A DNA stretch of 64,000 nt from an uncultured Bifidobacteriaceae bacterium (lineage in GTDB: Bacteria; Actinomycetota; Acidimicrobiia; IMCC26256; DASPTH01), in assembly GCA_964505725.1 (NCBI GenBank), contig CAZDJK010000002.1, forward strand, positions 19,426 to 83,425, read 5' to 3'. The translations under genes were made by a program, and so were the position numbers. Of the stretch, positions 61,801 through 64,000 are shown piece after piece (position 1 is the first letter of the stretch; every line of letters begins with the position of its first letter). Under the pieces are notes generated by a model, which saw only the letters and a program-made list of their open reading frames with translations, was not told the DNA's origin and ran no database searches.

Positions 61801-62576
61801 GTGTCGTGCTCGAGGCCCGGGAGCTCACGAAGCGGTTCGCCGGGCTCACCGCGGTCGACGGCCTGTGCCTCGCGTTGCACGACGGCGAGATCCTCGGCCT
61901 CATCGGCCCCAACGGCGCGGGGAAGACCACCGCCTTCGACCTGCTGTGCGGGTACCTGACGCCGGATGCCGGCGCAGTCGTGCTCGCCGGCCACGACGTG
62001 ACGGGCCTGCGCCCGGCGGCCCGCGCCCGCCTGGGCCTCGGGCGCTCGTTCCAGGACGCGCGTCTCTTCGGCGCCCTCACGGTGCACCAGGCGGTGTGTG
62101 TCGCGCTCGACGACCCGCTCACGCTGCTGGACCCCTTCGCCGATGCCTTCGGACTGCCACCGCGGGTGCACGCGGAGGCCCTCCTGGCGGCACGGGCCGA
62201 CGAGCTGCTCGACCGGATGGGCGTGGCCCCGTTCCGCGACGCGCTCGTCTACGATCTCTCGACGGGCACGCGACGGATCGTCGACCTCACGTGCCAGATC
62301 GCCGCCGATCCTCGCGTCATCCTCCTCGACGAGCCGTCCGCGGGGATCGCGCAGGCGGAGGTGGAGGCGCTGGCGCGTCTGCTCCTCGACGTCCGGCGCA
62401 CCGCCGGCGCGAGCCTGATCGTCATCGAGCACGATCTCGCGTTCGTCTCGAGCATCGCCGACCGGGTGGTGGCCCTCGATCTGGGCGCGGTGCTCGCCGA
62501 GGGCGACCCCGGCTCCGTCCTCGCCGACCCGCGGGTCGTGGCGTCGTACCTCGGAAGCGCTCGGAGCGTGCCGTGA
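58836..62576 (+). CDS. Four-domain fused branched-chain-amino-acid-type (HAAT-like) ABC transporter: LivH-like permease + LivM-like permease + LivF-like ATPase + LivG-like ATPase
   Basis: A single uninterrupted ORF (track 58710..62576). Permease 1: GLILGSLTALLAFGLALVWRSNRIVNFAQADLG. Permease 2: YGIVALSLVVLTGWAGRISLGQFGFVAVGAM. ATPase 1: GTNGAGKSTVLRAVSGL, LSGGQQQMLAIAMAL, LLVDELSLGLSP. ATPase 2: GPNGAGKTTAFDLLCG, LSTGTRRIVDLTCQI, ILLDEPSAGIA. ATG 58836 or GTG 58827. Confidence 0.85.
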   Translation: MLDGSAPRRLGARVAAWAAGLALFSVVLTARWSVPSGIVVEGLILGSLTALLAFGLALVWRSNRIVNFAQADLGTVPASLCVVLVAAEGWSFWIAMPLALMLALALAWFVERVFIRWRFEQAPRLIVTVVTIGLASLLSGAALALPYFLEGTNAVLPDSLLQSQPFRLNLHIDPFVFHAFDLVAVVTTVVCAASLFVFLRRTGAGIALRAGAENPERAALLGVNVGRTHSVAWMISGVLAAVTMILRAGVFGLPLGAAFGPSILLRALAAAVIGRMENFAVIFVAACAIGVVEAAAQWNGATAYVDPLLLVLIVVALLLQRRRRESRVDAEVASAWIYAASPRPVPRELARLPEVRWTIRALRATVVAVIVLLPWVLDAHDTDLAAVVAIYGIVALSLVVLTGWAGRISLGQFGFVAVGAMVVGSLNVHYHWGAIPTLVLAGVAGAIVAVLVGLPALRVRGLMLAVTTLAFGVATSSYLLDRNLDFFGLSFHYLPDNLLDHITRYPPFGIESVLGLRVADRGELNETGMYLLCVAGLGLVVLAVRGLQRRRTARDLVATRENERAAQSFGLGPVRVELLAFAVAGFLASFAGGLYVLHQQSLGPELFLPIESIRVLTMVVVGGLTSIPGALLGAIFLQSTVWVSDSVPTAFRLALQLAGSGLGLVAVLMFLPGGLGGALYGVRDRLLRTAARRHGIGVAEDRAGGVADGSAGPTPADPHPGADGRDGSDVLLRVEAIDVAFGHVQVLFDTSLEVRAGETVALLGTNGAGKSTVLRAVSGLTAAGHGRVQYRGVDITGSAPHRIAERGLIHVPAGHGVFPSLTVAENLRIGGWLHRRDAASSRAATDDVLARFPILAGRVREPAANLSGGQQQMLAIAMALLARPVVLLVDELSLGLSPEAVDEVLALLAELCARGVAVLLVEQSITVALRVASRAYFMEKGRVRFEGATAELLARPDLVHSILLEHASPREEDHSQTPTAPPPRPRPSSVVLEARELTKRFAGLTAVDGLCLALHDGEILGLIGPNGAGKTTAFDLLCGYLTPDAGAVVLAGHDVTGLRPAARARLGLGRSFQDARLFGALTVHQAVCVALDDPLTLLDPFADAFGLPPRVHAEALLAARADELLDRMGVAPFRDALVYDLSTGTRRIVDLTCQIAADPRVILLDEPSAGIAQAEVEALARLLLDVRRTAGASLIVIEHDLAFVSSIADRVVALDLGAVLAEGDPGSVLADPRVVASYLGSARSVP

Positions 62577-63109
62577 CCACCTACGTCGCGCTGCTGCGGG
62601 CGGTCAACGTGAGCGGCCGGAACAAGGTGAACATGCGGGAGCTGGCGGCCCTGCTCTCCGGCGTCGGGCTCGAGTTGGTCTCCACCTACGTGCAGAGCGG
62701 CAACATCGTGTTCCGGTCGTCGGCGGGGACGGGCGACGTCACCGGCACGATCGGCGACGCGATCACGCGCGAGCTCGGGCTGGACGTGACGGTCCTGGTG
62801 CGCACGCGCGCCGCTCTGGCGCGTGTCGCCGCCGAGAGCCCGTTCGTCTCCTCCGACGCGCCGCCGTCACAGCTGCACGTCGCGTTCCTCGCCGGTGCGC
62901 CGACCCGCCGCGGGCACGAGACCGCGGGCGTCGACGGGCGCGGCGACGAGTTCGTCGTTCGCCGGCGCGAGGTCTACCTCCGGCTGCCGGGCGGGGTCGG
63001 GCGGACGAAGCTGAACAACGCCTACCGGGAGCGGGCGCTCGGCGTCGGTGCCACGATGCGCAATTGGAGGACCGTCACGACCCTGCTCGACATGGCCGCA
63101 CGAGCGTGA
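62573..63109 (+). CDS. DUF1697-like protein
   Basis: GTG 62573 overlaps the upstream stop (GTGA). VTTYVALLRAVNVSGRNKVNMRELAALLSGVGLELVSTYVQSGNIVF. Confidence 0.8.
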   Translation: MTTYVALLRAVNVSGRNKVNMRELAALLSGVGLELVSTYVQSGNIVFRSSAGTGDVTGTIGDAITRELGLDVTVLVRTRAALARVAAESPFVSSDAPPSQLHVAFLAGAPTRRGHETAGVDGRGDEFVVRRREVYLRLPGGVGRTKLNNAYRERALGVGATMRNWRTVTTLLDMAARA

Positions 63110-63239
63110 CCCCGGTCACGGTCCCGCTTGGCATGGACAGCGGTTGGTTCACGAATCTCCCACCCATACCCGGGCAATCCGGTACTTAGGCCCCGGCCCC
63201 GTCGTTTACGCGACGCCGGGCGCCCTCTAGTCTCGTGTC

Positions 63240-64000
63240 ATGCAGGAAGACCCTCTGGCGGCGCTCGACACCGTCGACAGCTCCTCGATCAAGTACGCCG
63301 GCGTCGTCGGTTGCGGGCTCATGGGCGCGGGCATCGCCGAGCTGCTCGCGCGCGCGGACATCGACGTCGTCGTGGTGGAGGCGAGCGACGCCGCGCTGGA
63401 AGCGGGCCGGCGTCGCATCGAGCAATCGCTCGCGGCTGCGGCCCGACGGGAGAAGATCACCGACGTCGAGGCATCGGACGCGCTGGCGCGCCTGCGCTTC
63501 TCGACCAGCTACGACGACCTCGCCGACCGCGACATCGTGATCGAGGCGGTGTTCGAGTCGGAGCCGGTGAAAACCGAAGCACTCCGCCACATCGACGAGG
63601 TGCTCGACTCCGAGGACGCGATCATCGCGTCGAACACGTCGTCGATCCCGATCATCCACCTCGCCGAGGCCACGCACCGCCCCGACCGGGTCGTCGGTCT
63701 GCACTTCTTCAACCCGGCTCAGGTGCTGCCGTTGCTCGAGGTGGTCCCGTCGCTGCTCACGAGCGAGCACACGATCGCGGTCGTGCGCCACCTCGCCTCG
63801 GCGCGGCTCGGCAAGCACGTGATCCGCTCGCAGGACCGTGCCGGTTTCATCGTCAACGCGCTCCTCGTCCCCTATCTCCTCTCCGCGATCCGCATGTACG
63901 AATCGGGGTTCGCGTCGGCGGAGGACATCGACGCGGGGATGGTGCACGGGTGCGCGCACCCGATGGGGCCGCTGACGCTGTCGGACCTCATCGGCCTCGA
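63240..64000 (+). CDS. 3-hydroxyacyl-CoA / 3-hydroxybutyryl-CoA dehydrogenase (N-terminal part; continues beyond the window end)
   Basis: Not in the ORF track because it runs off the edge. My translation from ATG 63240: MQEDPLAALDTVDSSSIKYAGVVGCGLMGAGIAELLA...IIASNTSSIPI...VGLHFFNPAQVLPLLEVV...DRAGFIVNALLVPYL...HPMGPLTLSDLIGL. Confidence 0.9.
   Translation, partial: MQEDPLAALDTVDSSSIKYAGVVGCGLMGAGIAELLARADIDVVVVEASDAALEAGRRRIEQSLAAAARREKITDVEASDALARLRFSTSYDDLADRDIVIEAVFESEPVKTEALRHIDEVLDSEDAIIASNTSSIPIIHLAEATHRPDRVVGLHFFNPAQVLPLLEVVPSLLTSEHTIAVVRHLASARLGKHVIRSQDRAGFIVNALLVPYLLSAIRMYESGFASAEDIDAGMVHGCAHPMGPLTLSDLIGL

Noticed and set aside
1-64000. CRISPR arrays, rRNA genes, and known defence or toxin-antitoxin systems.
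   Set aside because: I saw no spaced direct-repeat arrays, no rRNA-like conserved stretches, and no gene products with recognisable Cas, restriction-modification, Abi or TA signatures. The only tandem repeat found is coding (53024-53139).

Overview
High-GC (roughly 70%) chromosomal segment that looks actinobacterial: a mycothiol-type DinB/maleylpyruvate-isomerase enzyme, an F420-type PPOX protein, an Eis-like GNAT, many GTG/TTG starts and many 4-nt GTGA/ATGA start-stop overlaps. It is densely coding. I support about 70 CDS, one tRNA-Arg(CCU), a few strong hairpins and one coding tandem repeat. I saw no rRNA, no CRISPR array and no recognisable defence system.

Most genes are housekeeping, metabolism or transport:
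- Transport: an Opu-type osmoprotectant ABC importer, an Ssu/Tau-like ABC importer, amt-glnK, a heterodimeric ABC exporter pair, PiT plus DUF47.
- Sulfur cluster: LysR regulator, rhodanese, beta-carbonic anhydrase and a CDO-like cupin next to the Ssu-like importer.
- Other: a KdpD/KdpE-like two-component pair, acyl-CoA dehydrogenases, crotonase, 3-hydroxyacyl-CoA dehydrogenase, form-II CoxSML-like molybdoenzyme, bfd-bfr, gpmA, cysQ, two HtrA-like proteases.

The only clearly accessory stretch is about 1.9-5.1 kb. It has lower GC3 and carries an excisionase-like HTH gene, then a tyrosine-recombinase homolog that appears to lack its catalytic residues. That gene is translationally coupled to a DDE-transposase-like gene. 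The module is flanked by a tRNA 3'-end-like fragment and by tRNA-Arg.

Other points worth a second look:
- A single 1246-codon ORF fusing two permease and two ATPase domains of a branched-chain-amino-acid-type ABC importer.
- Two otherwise intact genes (transposase-like, GT2 glycosyltransferase) each interrupted by one in-frame TGA.
- A G8 homopolymer that puts the SD-preceded ATG of the CDO-like gene out of frame.
- A 5'-truncated, frameshifted HAD remnant.
- Two short high-GC3 ORFs below the ORF-track cutoff.
- 11-bp-phased repeats upstream of amt.
- A translationally coupled HExxH / methyltransferase / phosphatase operon of unknown role.

All family assignments come from reading motifs in the translations by eye. 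No database search was run. Start codons are often uncertain.
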